From contig OZ024741.1 in the NCBI GenBank assembly GCA_964016885.1, positions 3,472,001-3,536,000 on the forward strand: a DNA stretch of 64,000 bases, read 5' to 3'. Origin of the DNA: Eledone cirrhosa (taxonomy: Eukaryota). The translations under genes and the position numbers were made by a program. Below the pieces are notes generated by a model. It was not told where the DNA came from and did no database searches. It saw only the letters and a program-made list of their open reading frames with translations. Below, piece after piece: positions 15,001 to 33,000 of this stretch (the stretch's first letter is position 1; each line of letters begins with the position of its first letter).

Positions 15001-18000
15001 ACTATATATTTACGATGTTGGTGACTTAACATTATATACACACCTGCTAGACTATATATATAGGTTGTTGATGTCTTAACAATATATACACACCTGCTAG
15101 ACTATATATGTACGATGTTGATGACTTAACGCTATATACACACCTGCTAGACTACATATGTAGGTTGTTGGTGACTTAACGCTATATAGACACCTGCTAG
15201 ACTTTATATGTAGGTTGTTGGTGACTTAACACTATATACACACCTGATAGACTATATATGTAGGTTGTTGGTGAAATAACGCTATATACACACCTTCTAG
15301 ACTATATATGTAGGTTGTTGGTGACTTAACACTATATATACACCTGCTAGACTACATATGTAGGTTGTTGGTGACTTAACACTATATACACACCTGCTAG
15401 ACTATATATGTAGGTTGTTGGTGACTTAACACTATATATACACCTGCTAGACTATATATGTACGATGTTGGTGATTTAACGCTATATACAGACCTGCTTA
15501 ACTATATATGTAGGTTGTTGGTGACTTAACACTATATACACACCTGCTAGACTATATATGTAGGTTGTTGGTCACCTAACGCTATATACACACCTGCTAG
15601 ACTATATATGTAGGTTGTTGATGACTTAACGTTATATACACACCTGCTAGACTATATATGTAGGTTGTTGGTGACTAAACACTATATACAAACCTGCTAG
15701 ACTATATATGTAGGTTGTTGGTGACTTAACACTATATACACACCTGCTAGACTATATATGTAGGTTGTTGATGACTTAACGTTATATACACACCTGCTAG
15801 ACTATATATGTAGGTTGTTGGTCACCTAACGCTATATACACACCTGCTAGACTATATATGTAGGTTGTTGATGACTTAACGTTATATACACACCTGCTAG
15901 ACTATATATGTAGGTTGTTGGTGACTAAACACTATATACAAACCTGCTAGACTATATATGTAGGTTGTTGGTCACCTAACGCTATATACACACCTGCTAG
16001 ACTATATATGTAGGTTGTTGATGACTTAACGTTATATACACACCTGCTAGACTATATATGTAGGTTGTTGGTGACTTAACACTATATACTCACCTCTTAG
16101 ACTATATATTTAGGTTGTTGGTAATTAACACTATATACACACCTGCTAGACTATATATGTAGTTTGTTGGTGACTTAACACTATATACACACCTGCTAGA
16201 CTATATATGTAGGTTGTTGGTGACTTAACACTATATACTCACCTCTTAGACTATATATGTAGATTGTTGATGACTTAACATTATATACACACCTGCTAGA
16301 CTATATATGTAGGTTGTTGGTGACTTAACGCTATATACACACCTGCTAGACTATATATGTAGGTTGTTGATCACTTAACACTATATACACACCTGCTAGA
16401 CTATATATGTTGGTTGTTGATGTCTTAACACTATATACACACCTGCTAGACTATATATGTAGATTGTTGATGACTTAACACTATATACACACCTGCTAGA
16501 CTATATATGTAGGTTGTTGGTGACTTAACGCTATATACACACCTGCTAGACTATATATGTAGGTTGTTGATCACTTAACACTATATACACACCTGCTAGA
16601 CTATATATGTTGGTTGTTGATGTCTTAACACTATATACACACCTGCTAGACTATATATGTAGGTTTTTGGTGACTTAAAACTATATACACACCTGCTGGA
16701 ATATATATGTAGGCTGTTGTTGACTTAAAACTATATACACACCTGCTAGACTATATATGTAGGTTGTTGATGACTTAACGCTATATACACACCTGCTAGA
16801 CTATATATGTAGGTTGTTGGTGACTTAACACTATATACACCTGCTGTACTATATATGTAGGTTGTTGGTGACTTAACACTATATACACCTGCTGTACTAT
16901 ATATGTAGGTTGTTGGTGACTTAACGCTATATACACACCTGCTAGACTGTATATGTAGGTTGTTGATGACTTAACGCTATATACACACCTGCTAGACTAT
17001 ATATGTAGGTTGTTGGTGACTTAACACTATATACACACCTGCTAGACTATATATGTAGGTTGTTGGTGACTTAACACTATATACACACCTGCTAGACTAT
17101 ATATGTAGGTTGTTGATGTCTTAACACTATATACACACCTGCTAGACTATATATGTAGGTTGTTGGTGACTTAACTCTATATACACACCTGCTAGACTAT
17201 ATATGTAGGTTGTTGGTGACTTAACACTATATACACACCTGCTAGACTATATATGTAGGTTGTTGGTGACTTAACACTATATACACACCTGCTAGACTAT
17301 ATATGTAGGTTGTTGGTGACTTAACACTATATACACACCTGCTAGTCTATATATGTAAGTTGTTGGTGACTTAACACTATATACACACCTGCTAGACTAT
17401 ATATGTAGGTTGTTGGTGAATTAACGCTATATACACACCTGCTAGACTATATATGTTGGTTGTTGGTGACTTAACACTATATACACACCTGCTAGACTAT
17501 ATATGTAGGTTGTTGGTGACTTAACACTATATACACACCTGCTGGACTATATATGTAGGTTGTTGGTGACTTAACGCTATATACACACCTGCTAGACTAT
17601 ATATGTAGGTTGTTGGTGATTAACACTATATACACACCTGCTAGACTATATATGTAGGTTGTTGGTGACTTAACACTATATACACACCTGCTAGACTATA
17701 TATGTAGGTTGTTGGTGACTTAACACTATATACACACCTACCTAGAATATATATGTAGGTTGTTGGTGACTTAACACTATATACACACCTGCTAGATTAT
17801 ATATGTATGTTGTTGGTGACTTAACACTATATACACACCTGCTAGTCTATATATTTAGGTTGTTGGTGACTTAACACTATATACACACCTGCTAGACTAT
17901 ATATGTAGGTTTTTGGTGACTTACACTATATACACACCTGCTGGAATATATATGTAGGCTGTTGTTGACTTAAAACTATATACACACCTGCTAGACTATA

Positions 18001-21000
18001 TATGTAGGTTGTTGATGACTTAACGCTATATACACACCTGCTAGACTATATATGTACGTTGTTGGTGACTTAACACTATATACACCTGCAGTACTATATA
18101 TGTAGGTTGTTGGTGACTTAACACTATATACACCTGCTGTACTATATATGTAGGTTGTTGGTGACTTAACGCTATATACACACCTGCTAGACTGTATATG
18201 TAGGTTGTTGATGACTTAACGCTATATACACACCTGCTAGACTATATATGTAGGTTGTTGGTGACTAAACACTATATACACACCTGCGAGACTATATATG
18301 TAGGTTGTTGATGACTTAACACTATATACACACCTGCTAGACTATATATGTAGGTTGTTGGTGACTTAACGCTATATACACACCTGCTAGACTATATATG
18401 TAGGTTGTTGATCACTTAACACTATATACACACCTGCTAGACTATATATGTTGGTTGTTGATGTCTTAACACTATATACACACCTGCTAGACTATATATG
18501 TAGATTGTTGATGACTTAACACTATATACACACCTGCTAGACTATATATGTAGGTTGTTGGTGACTTAACGCTATATACACACCTGCTAGACTATATATG
18601 TAGGTTGTTGATCACTTAACACTATATACACACCTGCTAGACTATATATGTTGGTTGTTGATGTCTTAACACTATATACACACCTGCTAGACTATATATG
18701 TAGATTGTTGATGACTTAACACTATATACACACCTGCTAGACTATATATGTAGGTTGTTGGTGACTTAACGCTATATACACACCTGCTAGACTATATATG
18801 TAGGTTGTTGGTGACTTAACACTATATACACACCTGCTAGTCTATATATGTAAGTTGTTGGTGACTTAACACTATATACACACCTGCTAGACTATATATG
18901 TAGTTTGTTGGTGAATTAACGCTATATACACACCTGCTAGACTATATATGTTGGTTGTTGGTGACTTAACACTATATACACACCTGCTAGACTATATATG
19001 TAGGTTGTTGGTGACTTAACACTATATACACACCTGCTGGACTATATATGTAGATTGTTGGTGACTTAACGCTATATACACACCTGCTAGACTATATATG
19101 TAGGTTGTTGGTGATTAACACTATATACACACCTGCTAGACTATATATGTAGGTTGTTGGTGACTTAACACTATATACACACCTGCTAGACTATATATGT
19201 AGGTTGTCGATGTCTTAACACTATATACACACCTGCTAGACTATATATGTAGATTGTTGATGACTTAACACTATATACACACCTGCTAGACTATATATGT
19301 AGGTTGTTGGTGACTTAACGCTATATACACACCTGCTAGACTATATATGTATGTTGTTGGTGACTTAACACTATATACACACCTGCTAGTCTATATATTT
19401 AGGTTGTTGGTGACTTAACACTATATACACACCTGCTAGACTATATATGTAGGTTTTTGGTGACTTAACACTATATACACACATGCTGGAATACATATGT
19501 AGGCTGTTGTTGACTTAAAACTATATACACACCTGCTAGACTATATATGTAGGTTGTTGATGACTTAACGCTATATACACACCTGCTAGACTATATATGT
19601 AGGTTGTTGGTGACTTAACACTATATACACCTGCTGTACTATATATGTAGGTTGTTGGTGACTTAACACTATATACACCTGCTGTACTATATATGTAGGT
19701 TGTTGGTGACTTAACGCTATATACACACCTGCTAGACTATATATGTAGGTTGTTGGTGACTTAACACTATATACACACCTGCTAGACTATATATGTAGGT
19801 TGTTGGTGACTTAACACTATATACACACCTGCTAGACTATATATGTAGGTTGTTGATGTCTTAACACTATATACACACCTGCTAGACTATATATGTAGGT
19901 TGTTGGTGACTTAACTCTATATACACACCTGCTAGACTATATATGTAGGTTGTTGGTGACTTAACACTATATACACACCTACCTAGAATATATATGTAGC
20001 TTGTTGGTGACTTAACACTATATACACACCTGCTAGACTATATATGTATGTTGTTGGTGACTTAACACTATATACACACCTGCTAGTCTATATATTTAGG
20101 TTGTTGGTGACTTAACACTATATACACACCTGCTAGACTATATATGTAGGTTTTTGGTGACTTACACTATATACACACCTGCTGGAATATATATGTAGGC
20201 TGTTGTTGACTTAAAACTATATACACACCTGCTAGACTATATATGTAGGTTGTTGATGACTTAACGCTATATACACACCTGCTAGACTATATATGTACGT
20301 TGTTGGTGACTTAACACTATATACACCTGCTGTACTATATATGTAGGTTGTTGGTGACTTAACACTATATACACCTGCTGTACTATATATGAAGGTTGTT
20401 GGTGACTTAACGCTATATACACACCTGCTAGACTGTATATGTAGGTTGTTGATGACTTAACGCTATATACACACCTGCTAGACTATATATGTAGGTTGTT
20501 GGTGACTAAACACTATATACACACCTGCGAGACTATATATGTAGGTTGTTGATGACTTAACACTATATACACACCTGCTAGACTATATATGTAGGTTCTT
20601 GGTGACTTAACGCTATATACACACCTGCTAGACTATATATGTAGGTTGTTGATCACTTAACACTATATACACACCTGCTAGACTATATATGTTGGTTGTT
20701 GATGTCTTAACACTATATACACACCTGCTAGACTATATATGTAGATTGTTGATCACTTAACACTATATACACACCTGCTAGACTATATATGTAGGTTCTT
20801 GGTGACTTAACACTATATACACACCTGCTAGACTATATATGTAGGTTGTTGATCACTTAACACTATATACACACCTGCTAGACTATATATGTTGGTTGTT
20901 GATGTCTTAACACTATATACACACCTGCTAGACTATATATGTAGATTGTTGATCACTTAACACTATATACACACCTGCTAGACTATATATGTAGATTGTT

Positions 21001-24000
21001 GATCACTTAACACTATATACACACCTGCTAGACTATATATGTAGATTGTTGATGACTTAACACTATATACACACCTGCTAGACTATATATGTAGGTTGTT
21101 GGTGACTTAACGCTATATACACACCTGCTAGACTATATATGTAGGTTGTTGGTGACTTAACACTATATACACACCTGCTAGTCTATATATGTAAGTTGTT
21201 GGTGACTTAACACTATATACACACCTGCTAGACTATATATGTAGTTTGTTGGTGAATTAACGCTATATACACACCTGCTAGACTATATATGTTGGTTGTT
21301 GGTGACTTAACACTATATACACACCTGCTAGACTATATATGTAGGTTGTTGGTGACTTAACACTATATACACACCTGCTGGACTATATATGTAGATTGTT
21401 GGTGACTTAACGCTATATACACACCTGCTAGACTATATATGTAGGTTGTTGGTGATTAACACTATATACACACCTGCTAGACTATATATGTAGGTTGTTG
21501 GTGACTTAACACTATATACACACCTACTAGACTATATATGTAGGTTGTTGATGTCTTAACACTATATACACACCTGCTAGACTATATATGTAGATTGTTG
21601 ATGACTTAACACTATATACACACCTGCTAGACTATATATGTAGGTTGTTGGTGACTTAACACTATATACACACACCTGCTAGAATATATATGTAGGTTGT
21701 TGGTGACTTAACGCTATATACACACCTGCTAGACTATATATGTATGTTGTTGGTGACTTAACACTATATACACACCTGCTAGTCTATATATTTAGGTTGT
21801 TGGTGACTTAACACTATATACACACCTGCTAGACTATATATGTAGGTTTTTGGTGACTTAACACTATATACACACATGCTGGAATATATATGTAGGCTGT
21901 TGTTGACTTAAAACTATATACACACCTGCTAGACTATATATGTAGGTTGTTGATGACTTAACGCTATATACACACCTGCTAGACTATATATGTAGGTTGT
22001 TGGTGACTTAACACTATATACACCTGCTGTACTATATATGTAGGTTGTTGGTGACTTAACACTATATACACCTGCTGTACTATATATGTAGGTTGTTGGT
22101 GACTTAACGCTATATACACACCTGCTAGACTGTATATGTAGGTTGTTGATGACTTAACGCTATATACACACCTGCTAGACTATATATGTAGGTTGTTGGT
22201 GACTTAACACTATATACACACCTGCTAGACTATATATGTAGGTTGTTGGTGACTTAACACTATATACACACCTGCTAGACTATATATGTAGGTTGTTGAT
22301 GTCTTAACACTATATACACACCTGCTAGACTATATATGTAGGTTGTTGGTGACTTAACTCTATATACACACCTGCTAGACTATATATGTAGGTTGTTGGT
22401 GACTTAACACTATATACACACCTGCTAGACTATATATGTAGGTTGTTGGTGACTTAACACTATATACACACCTGCTAGACTAAATATGTAGGTTGTTGGT
22501 GACTTAACACTATATACACACCTGCTAGACTATATATGTAGGTTGTTGGTGACTTAACTCTATATACACACCTGCTAGACTATATATGTAGATTGTTGAT
22601 CACTTAACACTATATACACACCTGCTAGACTATATATGTAGGTTGTTGGTGACTTAACACTATATACACACCTGCTAGACTATATATGTAGGTTGTTGAT
22701 GTCTTAACACTATATACACACCTGCTAGACTATATATGTAGTTTGTTGGTGACTTAACTCTATATACACACCTGCTAGACTATATATGTAGGTTGTTGGT
22801 GACTTAACACTATATACACACCTGCTAGACTATATATGTAGGTTGTTGGTGACTTAACACTATCTACACACCTGCTAGACTTTATATGTAGGTTGTTGCT
22901 GACTTAACACTATATACACACCTGCTAGACTATATATGTAGGTTGTTGGTGACTTAACTCTATATACACACCTGCTAGACTATATATGTAGGTTGTTGGT
23001 GACTTAACACTATATACACACCTGCTAGACTATATATGTAGGTTGTTGGTGACTTAACACTATATACACACCTGCTAGACTATATATGTAGGTTGTTGGT
23101 GACTTAACACTATATACACACCTGCTAGAATATATATGTAGGTTGTTGGTGACTTAACACTATATACACGCCTGCTAGCCTATATATGTAGGTTGTTGAC
23201 GACTTAACACGATATACACACCTGCTAGACTATATATGTAGGTTGTTGATGAGTTAACGCTATATACACACCTGCTAGACTATATATGTAGGTTGTTGGT
23301 GACTTAACGTTATATACACAACTGCTAGACTATATATGTAGGTTGTTGGTGACTTAACACTATATACACACCTCCTAGACGCTATATGTAGGTTGTGGAT
23401 GAGTTAACGCTATATACACACCTGCTAGACTATATATGTAGGTTGTTGGTGACTTAACGTTATATACACACCTGCTAGACTATATATGTAGGTTGTTGGT
23501 GACTTAACACTATATACACACCTACTAGACTATATATGCAGGTTGTTGGTGACTTAACACTATATACACACCTGCTAGACTATATATGTAGGTTGTTGGT
23601 GACTTAACACTATATACACACACCTGCTAGTCTATATATGTAGGTTGTTGATGTCTTAACACTATATACACACCTGCTAGACTATATATGTAGGTTGTTG
23701 GTGACTTAACACTATATACACACCTGCTAGACTATATATGTAGTTTGTTGGTGACTTAACACTATATACACACCTCCTAGACTATATATGTAGATTGTTG
23801 ATCACTTAAAACTATATACACACCTGCTAGACTATATATGTAGGTTGTTGTGACTTAACACTATATACACACACCTGCTAGACTATATATGTAGGTTGTT
23901 GATGTCTTAACACTATATACACACCTGCTAGACTATATATGTAGGTTCTTCGTGAGTTAACGCTATATACACACCTGCTAGACTATATATGTAGGTTGTT

Positions 24001-27000
24001 GATCACTTAACACTATATACACACCTGCTAGACTATATATGTTGGTTGTTGATGTCTTAACACTATATACACACCTGCTAGACTATATATGTAGATTGTT
24101 GATGACTTAACACTATATACACACCTGCTAGACTATATATGTAGGTTGTTGGTGACTTAACGCTATATACACACCTGCTAGACTATATATGTAGGTTGTT
24201 GGTGACTTAACACTATATACACACCTGCTAGTCTATATATGTAAGTTGTTGGTGACTTAACACTATATACACACCTGCTAGACTATATATGTAGTTTGTT
24301 GGTGAATTAACGCTATATACACACCTGCTAGACTATATATGTTGGTTGTTGGTGACTTAACACTATATACACACCTGCTAGACTATATATGTAGGTTGTT
24401 GGTGACTTAAAACTATATACACACCTGCTGGACTATATATGTAGATTGTTGGTGACTTAACCCTTAATACACACCTGCTAGACTATATATGTAGGTTGTT
24501 GGTGATTAACACTATATACACACCTGCTAGACTATATATGTAGGTTGTTGGTGACTTAACATTATATACACACCTGCTAGACTATATATGTAGGTTGTTG
24601 ATGTCTTAACACTATATACACACCTGCTAGACTATATATGTAGATTGTTGATGACTTAACACTATATACACACCTGCTAGACTATATATGTATGTTTTTG
24701 GTGACTTAACACTATATACACACACCTGCTAGAATATATATGTAGGTTGTTGGTGACTTAACGCTATATACACACCTGCTAGACTATATATGTATGTTGT
24801 TGGTGACTTAACACTATATACACACCTGCTAGTCTATATATTTAGGTTGTTGGTGACTTAACACTATATACACACCTGCTAGACTATATATGTAGGTTTT
24901 TGGTGACTTAACACTATAGACACACACCTGCTAGACTAAATATGTAGGTTGTTGGTGACTTAACACTATATACACACCTGCTAGACTATATATGTAGGTT
25001 GTTGGTGACTTAACTCTATATACACACCTGCTAGACTATATATGTAGATTGTTGATCACTTAACACTATATACACACATGCTGGAATATATATGTAGGCT
25101 GTTGTTGACTTAAAACTATATACACACCTGCTAGACTATATATGTAGGTTGTTGATGACTTAACGCTATATACACACCTGCTAGACTATATATGTAGGTT
25201 GTTGGTGACTTAACACTATATACACACCTGCTAGACTATATATGTAGGTTGTTGATGTCTTAACACTATATACACACCTGCTAGACTATATATGTAGGTT
25301 GTTGATGTCTTAACACTATATACACACCTGCTAGACTATATATGTAGATTGTTGATGACTTAACACTATATACACACCTGCTAGACTATATATGTATGTT
25401 TTTGGTGACTTAACACTATATACACACACCTGCTAGAATATATATGTAGGTTGTTGTTGACTTAACTCTATATACACACCTGCTAGACTATATATGTAGG
25501 TTGTTGGTGACTTAACACTATATACACACCTGCTAGACTATATATGTAGGTTGTTGGTGACTTAACACTATATACACACCTGCTAGACTAAATATGTAGG
25601 TTGTTGGTGACTTAACACTATATACACACCTGCTAGACTATATATGTAGGTTGTTGGTGACTTAACTCTATATACACACCTGCTAGACTATATATGTAGA
25701 TTGTTGATCACTTAACACTATATACACACCTGCTAGACTATATATGTAGGTTGTTGGTGACTTAACACTATATACACACCTGCTAGACTATATATGTAGG
25801 TTGTTGATGTCTTAACACTATATACACACCTGCTAGACTATATATGTAGTTTGTTGGTGACTTAACTCTATATACACACCTGCTAGACTATATATGTAGG
25901 TTGTTGGTGACTTAACACTATATACACACCTGCTAGACTATATATGTAGGTTGTTGGTGACTTAACACTATATACACACCTGCTAGACTATATATGTAGG
26001 TTGTTGGTGACTTAACACTATATACACACCTGCTAGACTTTATATGTAGGTTGTTGCTGACTTAACACTATATACACACCTGCTAGACTATATATGTAGG
26101 TTGTTGGTGACTTAACTCTATATACACACCTGCTAGACTATATATGTAGGTTGTTGATGACTTAACACTATATACACACCTGCTAGACTATATATGTAGG
26201 TTGTTGGTGACTTAACACTATATACACACCTGCTAGACTATATATGTAGGTTGTTGGTGACTTAACACTATATACACACCTGCTAGAATATATATGTAGG
26301 TTGTTGGTGACTTAACACTATATACACGCCTGCTAGCCTATATATGTAGGTTGTTGACGACTTAACACGATATACACACCTGCTAGACTATATATGTAGG
26401 TTGTTGATGAGTTAACGCTATATACACACCTGCTAGACTATATATGTAGGTTGTTGGTGACTTAACGTTATATACACAACTGCTAGACTATATATGTAGG
26501 TTGTTGGTGACTTAACACTATATACACACCTCCTAGACTCTATATGTAGGTTGTGGATGAGTTAACGCTATATACACACCTGCTAGACTATATATGTAGG
26601 TTGTTGGTGACTTAACGTTATATACACACCTGCTAGACTATATATGTAGGTTGTTGGTGACTTAACACTATATACACACCTACTAGACTATATATGTAGG
26701 TTGTTGGTGACTTAACACTATATACACACCTGCTAGACTATATATGTAGGTTGTTGGTGACTTAACACTATATACACACACCTGCTAGACTATATATGTA
26801 GGTTGTCGATGTCTTAACACTATATACACACCTGCTAGACTATATATGTAGATTGTTGATGACTTAACATTATATACACACCTGCTAGACTATATATGTA
26901 GGTTGTTGGTGACTTAACGCTATATACACACCTGCTAGACTATATATGTATGTTGTTGGTGACTTAACACTATATACACACCTGCTAGTCTATATATTTA

Positions 27001-30000
27001 GGTTGTTGGTGACTTAACACTATATACACACCTGCTAGACTATATATGTAGGTTTTTGGTGACTTAACACTATATACACACATGCTGGAATATATATGTA
27101 GGCTGTTGTTGACTTAAAACTATATACACACCTGCTAGACTATATATGTAGGTTGTTGATGACTTAACGCTATATACACACCTGCTAGACTATATATGTA
27201 GGTTGTTGGTGACTTAACACTATATACACCTGCTGTACTATATATGTAGGTTGTTGGTGACTTAACACTATATACACCTGCTGTACTATATATGTAGGTT
27301 GTTGGTGACTTAACGCTATATACACACCTGCTAGACTATATATGTAGGTTGTTGGTGACTTAACACTATATACACACCTGCTAGACTATATATGTAGGTT
27401 GTTGGTGACTTAACACTATATACACACCTGCTAGACTATATATGTAGGTTGTTGATGTCTTAACACTATATACACACCTGCTAGACTATATATGTAGGTT
27501 GTTGGTGACTTAACTCTATATACACACCTGCTAGACTATATATGTAGGTTGTTGGTGACTTAACACTATATACACACCTACCTAGAATATATATGTAGCT
27601 TGTTGGTGACTTAACACTATATACACACCTGCTAGACTATATATGTATGTTGTTGGTGACTTAACACTATATACACACCTGCTAGTCTATATATTTAGGT
27701 TGTTGGTGACTTAACACTATATACACACCTGCTAGACTATATATGTAGGTTTTTGGTGACTTACACTATATACACACCTGCTGGAATATATATGTAGGCT
27801 GTTGTTGACTTAAAACTATATACACACCTGCTAGACTATATATGTAGGTTGTTGATGACTTAACGCTATATACACACCTGCTAGACTATATATGTACGTT
27901 GTTGGTGACTTAACACTATATACACCTGCTGTACTATATATGTAGGTTGTTGGTGACTTAACACTATATACACCTGCTGTACTATATATGAAGGTTGTTG
28001 GTGACTTAACGCTATATACACACCTGCTAGACTGTATATGTAGGTTGTTGATGACTTAACGCTATATACACACCTGCTAGACTATATATGTAGGTTGTTG
28101 GTGACTAAACACTATATACACACCTGCGAGACTATATATGTAGGTTGTTGATGACTTAACACTATATACACACCTGCTAGACTATATATGTAGGTTGTTG
28201 GTGACTTAACGCTATATACACACCTGCTAGACTATATATGTAGGTTGTTGATCACTTAACACTATATACACACCTGCTAGACTATATATGTTGGTTGTTG
28301 ATGTCTTAACACTATATACACACCTGCTAGACTATATATGTAGATTGTTGATGACTTAACACTATATACACACCTGCTAGACTATATATGTAGGTTCTTG
28401 GTGACTTAACGCTATATACACACCTGCTAGACTATATATGTAGGTTGTTGATGACTTAACACTATATACACACCTGCTAGACTATATATGTAGGTTCTTG
28501 GTGACTTAACGCTATATACACACCTGCTAGACTATATATGTAGGTTGTTGATCACTTAACACTATATACACACCTGCTAGACTATATATGTTGGTTGTTG
28601 ATGTCTTAACACTATATACACACCTGCTAGACTATATATGTAGGTTGTTGGTGACTTAACACTATATACACACCTGCTGGACTATATATGTAGGTTGTTG
28701 GTGACTTAACGCTATATACACACCTGCTAGACTATATATGTAGGTTGTTGGTGATTAACACTATATACACACCTGCTAGACTATATATGTAGGTTGTTGG
28801 TGACTTAACACTATATACACACCTACTAGACTATATATGTAGGTTGTTGATGTCTTAACACTATATACACACCTGCTAGACTATATATGTAGATTGTTGA
28901 TGACTTAACACTATATACACACCTGCTAGACTATATATGTAGGTTGTTGGTGACTTAACACTATATACACACACCTGCTAGAATATATATGTAGGTTGTT
29001 GGTGACTTAACGCTATATACACACCTGCTAGACTATATATGTATGTTGTTGGTGACTTAACACTATATACACACCTGCTAGTCTATATATTTAGGTTGTT
29101 GGTGACTTAACACTATATACACACCTGCTAGACTATATATGTAGGTTTTTGGTGACTTAACACTATATACACACATGCTGGAACATATATGTAGGCTGTT
29201 GTTGACTTAAAACTATATACACACCTGCTAGACTATATATGTAGGTTGTTGATGACTTAACGCTATATACACACCTGCTAGACTATATATGTAGGTTGTT
29301 GGTGACTTAACACTATATACACCTGCTGTACTATATATGTAGGTTGTTGGTGACTTAACACTATATACACCTGCTGTACTATATATGTAGGTTGTTGGTG
29401 ACTTAACGCTATATACACACCTGCTAGACTGTATATGTAGGTTGTTGATGACTTAACGCTATATACACACCTGCTAGACTATATATGTAGGTTGTTGGTG
29501 ACTTCACACTATATACACACCTGCTAGACTATATATGTAGGTTGTTGGTGACTTAACACTATATACACACCTGCTAGACTATATATGTAGGTTGTTGATG
29601 TCTTAACACTATATACACACCTGCTAGACTATATATGTAGGTTGTTGGTGACTTAACTCTATATACACACCTGCTAGACTATATATGTAGGTTGTTGGTG
29701 ACTTAACACTATATACACACCTGCTAGACTATATATGTAGGTTGTTGGTGACTTAACACTATATACACACCTGCTAGACTAAATATGTAGGTTGTTGGTG
29801 ACTTAACACTATATACACACCTGCTAGACTATATATGTAGGTTGTTGGTGACTTAACTCTATATACACACCTGCTAGACTATATATGTAGATTGTTGATC
29901 ACTTAACACTATATACACACCTGCTAGACTATATATGTAGGTTGTTGGTGACTTAACACTATATACACACCTGCTAGACTATATATGTAGGTTGTTGATG

Positions 30001-33000
30001 TCTTAACACTATATACACACCTGCTAGACTATATATGTAGTTTGTTGGTGACTTAACTCTATATACACACCTGCTAGACTATATATGTAGGTTGTTGGTG
30101 ACTTAACACTATATACACACCTGCTAGACTATATATGTAGGTTGTTGGTGACTTAACACTATCTACACACCTGCTAGACTTTATATGTAGGTTGTTGCTG
30201 ACTTAACACTATATACACACCTGCTAGACTATATATGTAGGTTGTTGGTGACTTAACTCTATATACACACCTGCTAGACTATATATGTAGGTTGTTGGTG
30301 ACTTAACACTATATACACACCTACCTAGAATATATATGTAGCTTGTTGGTGACTTAACACTATATACACACCTGCTAGACTATATATGTATGTTGTTGGT
30401 GACTTAACACTATATACACACCTGCTAGTCTATATATTTAGGTTGTTGGTGACTTAACACTATATACACACCTGCTAGACTATATATGTAGGTTTTTGGT
30501 GACTTACACTATATACACACCTGCTGGAATATATATGTAGGCTGTTGTTGACTTAAAACTATATACACACCTGCTAGACTATATATGTAGGTTGTTGATG
30601 ACTTAACGCTATATACACACCTGCTAGACTATATATGTACGTTGTTGGTGACTTAACACTATATACACCTGCTGTACTATATATGTAGGTTGTTGGTGAC
30701 TTAACACTATATACACCTGCTGTACTATATATGAAGGTTGTTGGTGACTTAACGTTATATACACACCTGCTAGACTGTATATGTAGGTTGTTGATGACTT
30801 AACGCTATATACACACCTGCTAGACTATATATGTAGGTTGTTGGTGACTAAACACTATATACACACCTGCGAGACTATATATGTAGGTTGTTGATGACTT
30901 AACACTATATACACACCTGCTAGACTATATATGTAGGTTGTTGGTGACTTAACGCTATATACACACCTGCTAGACTATATATGTAGGTTGTTGATCACTT
31001 AACACTATATACACACCTGCTAGACTATATATGTTGGTTGTTGATGTCTTAACACTATATACACACCTGCTAGACTATATATGTAGATTGTTGATGACTT
31101 AACACTATATACACACCTGCTAGACTATATATGTAGGTTCTTGGTGACTTAACGCTATATACACACCTGCTAGACTATATATGTAGGTTGTTGATCACTT
31201 AACACTATATACACACCTGCTAGACTATATATGTTGGTTGTTGATGTCTTAACACTATATACACACCTGCTAGACTATATATGTAGATTGTTGATGACTT
31301 AACACTATATACACACCTGCTAGACTATATATGTAGGTTGTTGGTGACTTAACGCTATATACACACCTGCTAGACTATATATGTAGGTTGTTGGTGACTT
31401 AACACTATATACACACCTGCTAGTCTATATATGTAAGTTGTTGGTGACTTAACACTATATACACACCTGCTAGACTATATATGTAGTTTGTTGGTGAATT
31501 AACGCTATATACACACCTGCTAGACTATATATGTTGGTTGTTGGTGACTTAACACTATATACACACCTGCTAGACTATATATGTAGGTTGTTGGTGACTT
31601 AACACTATATACACACCTGCTGGACTATATATGTAGGTTGTTGGTGACTTAACGCTATATACACACCTGCTAGACTATATATGTAGGTTGTTGGTGATTA
31701 ACACTATATACACACCTGCTAGACTATATATGTAGGTTGTTGGTGACTTAACACTATATACACACCTACTAGACTATATATGTAGGTTGTTGATGTCTTA
31801 ACACTATATACACACCTGCTAGACTATATATGTAGATTGTTGGTGACTTAACACTATATACACACACCTGCTAGAATATATATGTAGGTTGTTGGTGACT
31901 TAACGCTATATACACACCTGCTAGACTATATATGTATGTTGTTGGTGACTTAACACTATATACACACCTGCTAGTCTATATATTTAGGTTGTTGGTGACT
32001 TAACACTATATACACACCTGCTAGACTATATATGTAGGTTTTTGGTGACTTAACACTATATACACACATGCTGGAACATATATGTAGGCTGTTGTTGACT
32101 TAAAACTATATACACACCTGCTAGACTATATATGTAGGTTGTTGATGACTTAACGCTATATACACACCTGCTAGACTATATATGTAGGTTGTTGGTGACT
32201 TAACACTATATACACCTGCTGTACTATATATGTAGGTTGTTGGTGACTTAACACTATATACACCTGCTGTACTATATATGTAGGTTGTTGGTGACTTAAC
32301 ACTATATACACACCTGCTAGACTATATATGTAGGTTGTTGATGTCTTAACACTATATACACACCTGCTAGACTATATATGTAGGTTGTTGGTGACTTAAC
32401 TCTATATACACACCTGCTAGACTATATATGTAGGTTGTTGGTGACTTAACACTATATACACACCTGCTAGACTATATATGTAGGTTGTTGGTGACTTAAC
32501 ACTATATACACACCTGCTAGACTATATATGTAGGTTGTTGGTGACTTAACACTATATACACACCTGCTAGAATATATATGTAGGTTGTTGGTGACTTAAC
32601 ACTATATACACGCCTGCTAGCCTATATATGTAGGTTGTTGACGACTTAACACGATATACACACCTGCTAGACTATATATGTAGGTTGTTGATGAGTTAAC
32701 GCTATATACACACCTGCTAGACTATATATGTAGGTTGTTGGTGACTTAACGTTATATACACAACTGCTAGACTATATATGTAGGTTGTTGGTGACTTAAC
32801 ACTATATACACACTCCTAGACTCTATATGTAGGTTGTGGATGAGTTAACGCTATATACACACCTGCTAGACTATATATGTAGGTTGTTGGTGACTTAACG
32901 TTATATACACACCTGCTAGACTATATATGTAGGTTGTTGGTGACTTAACACTATATACACACCTACTAGACTATATATGTAGGTTGTTGGTGACTTAACA

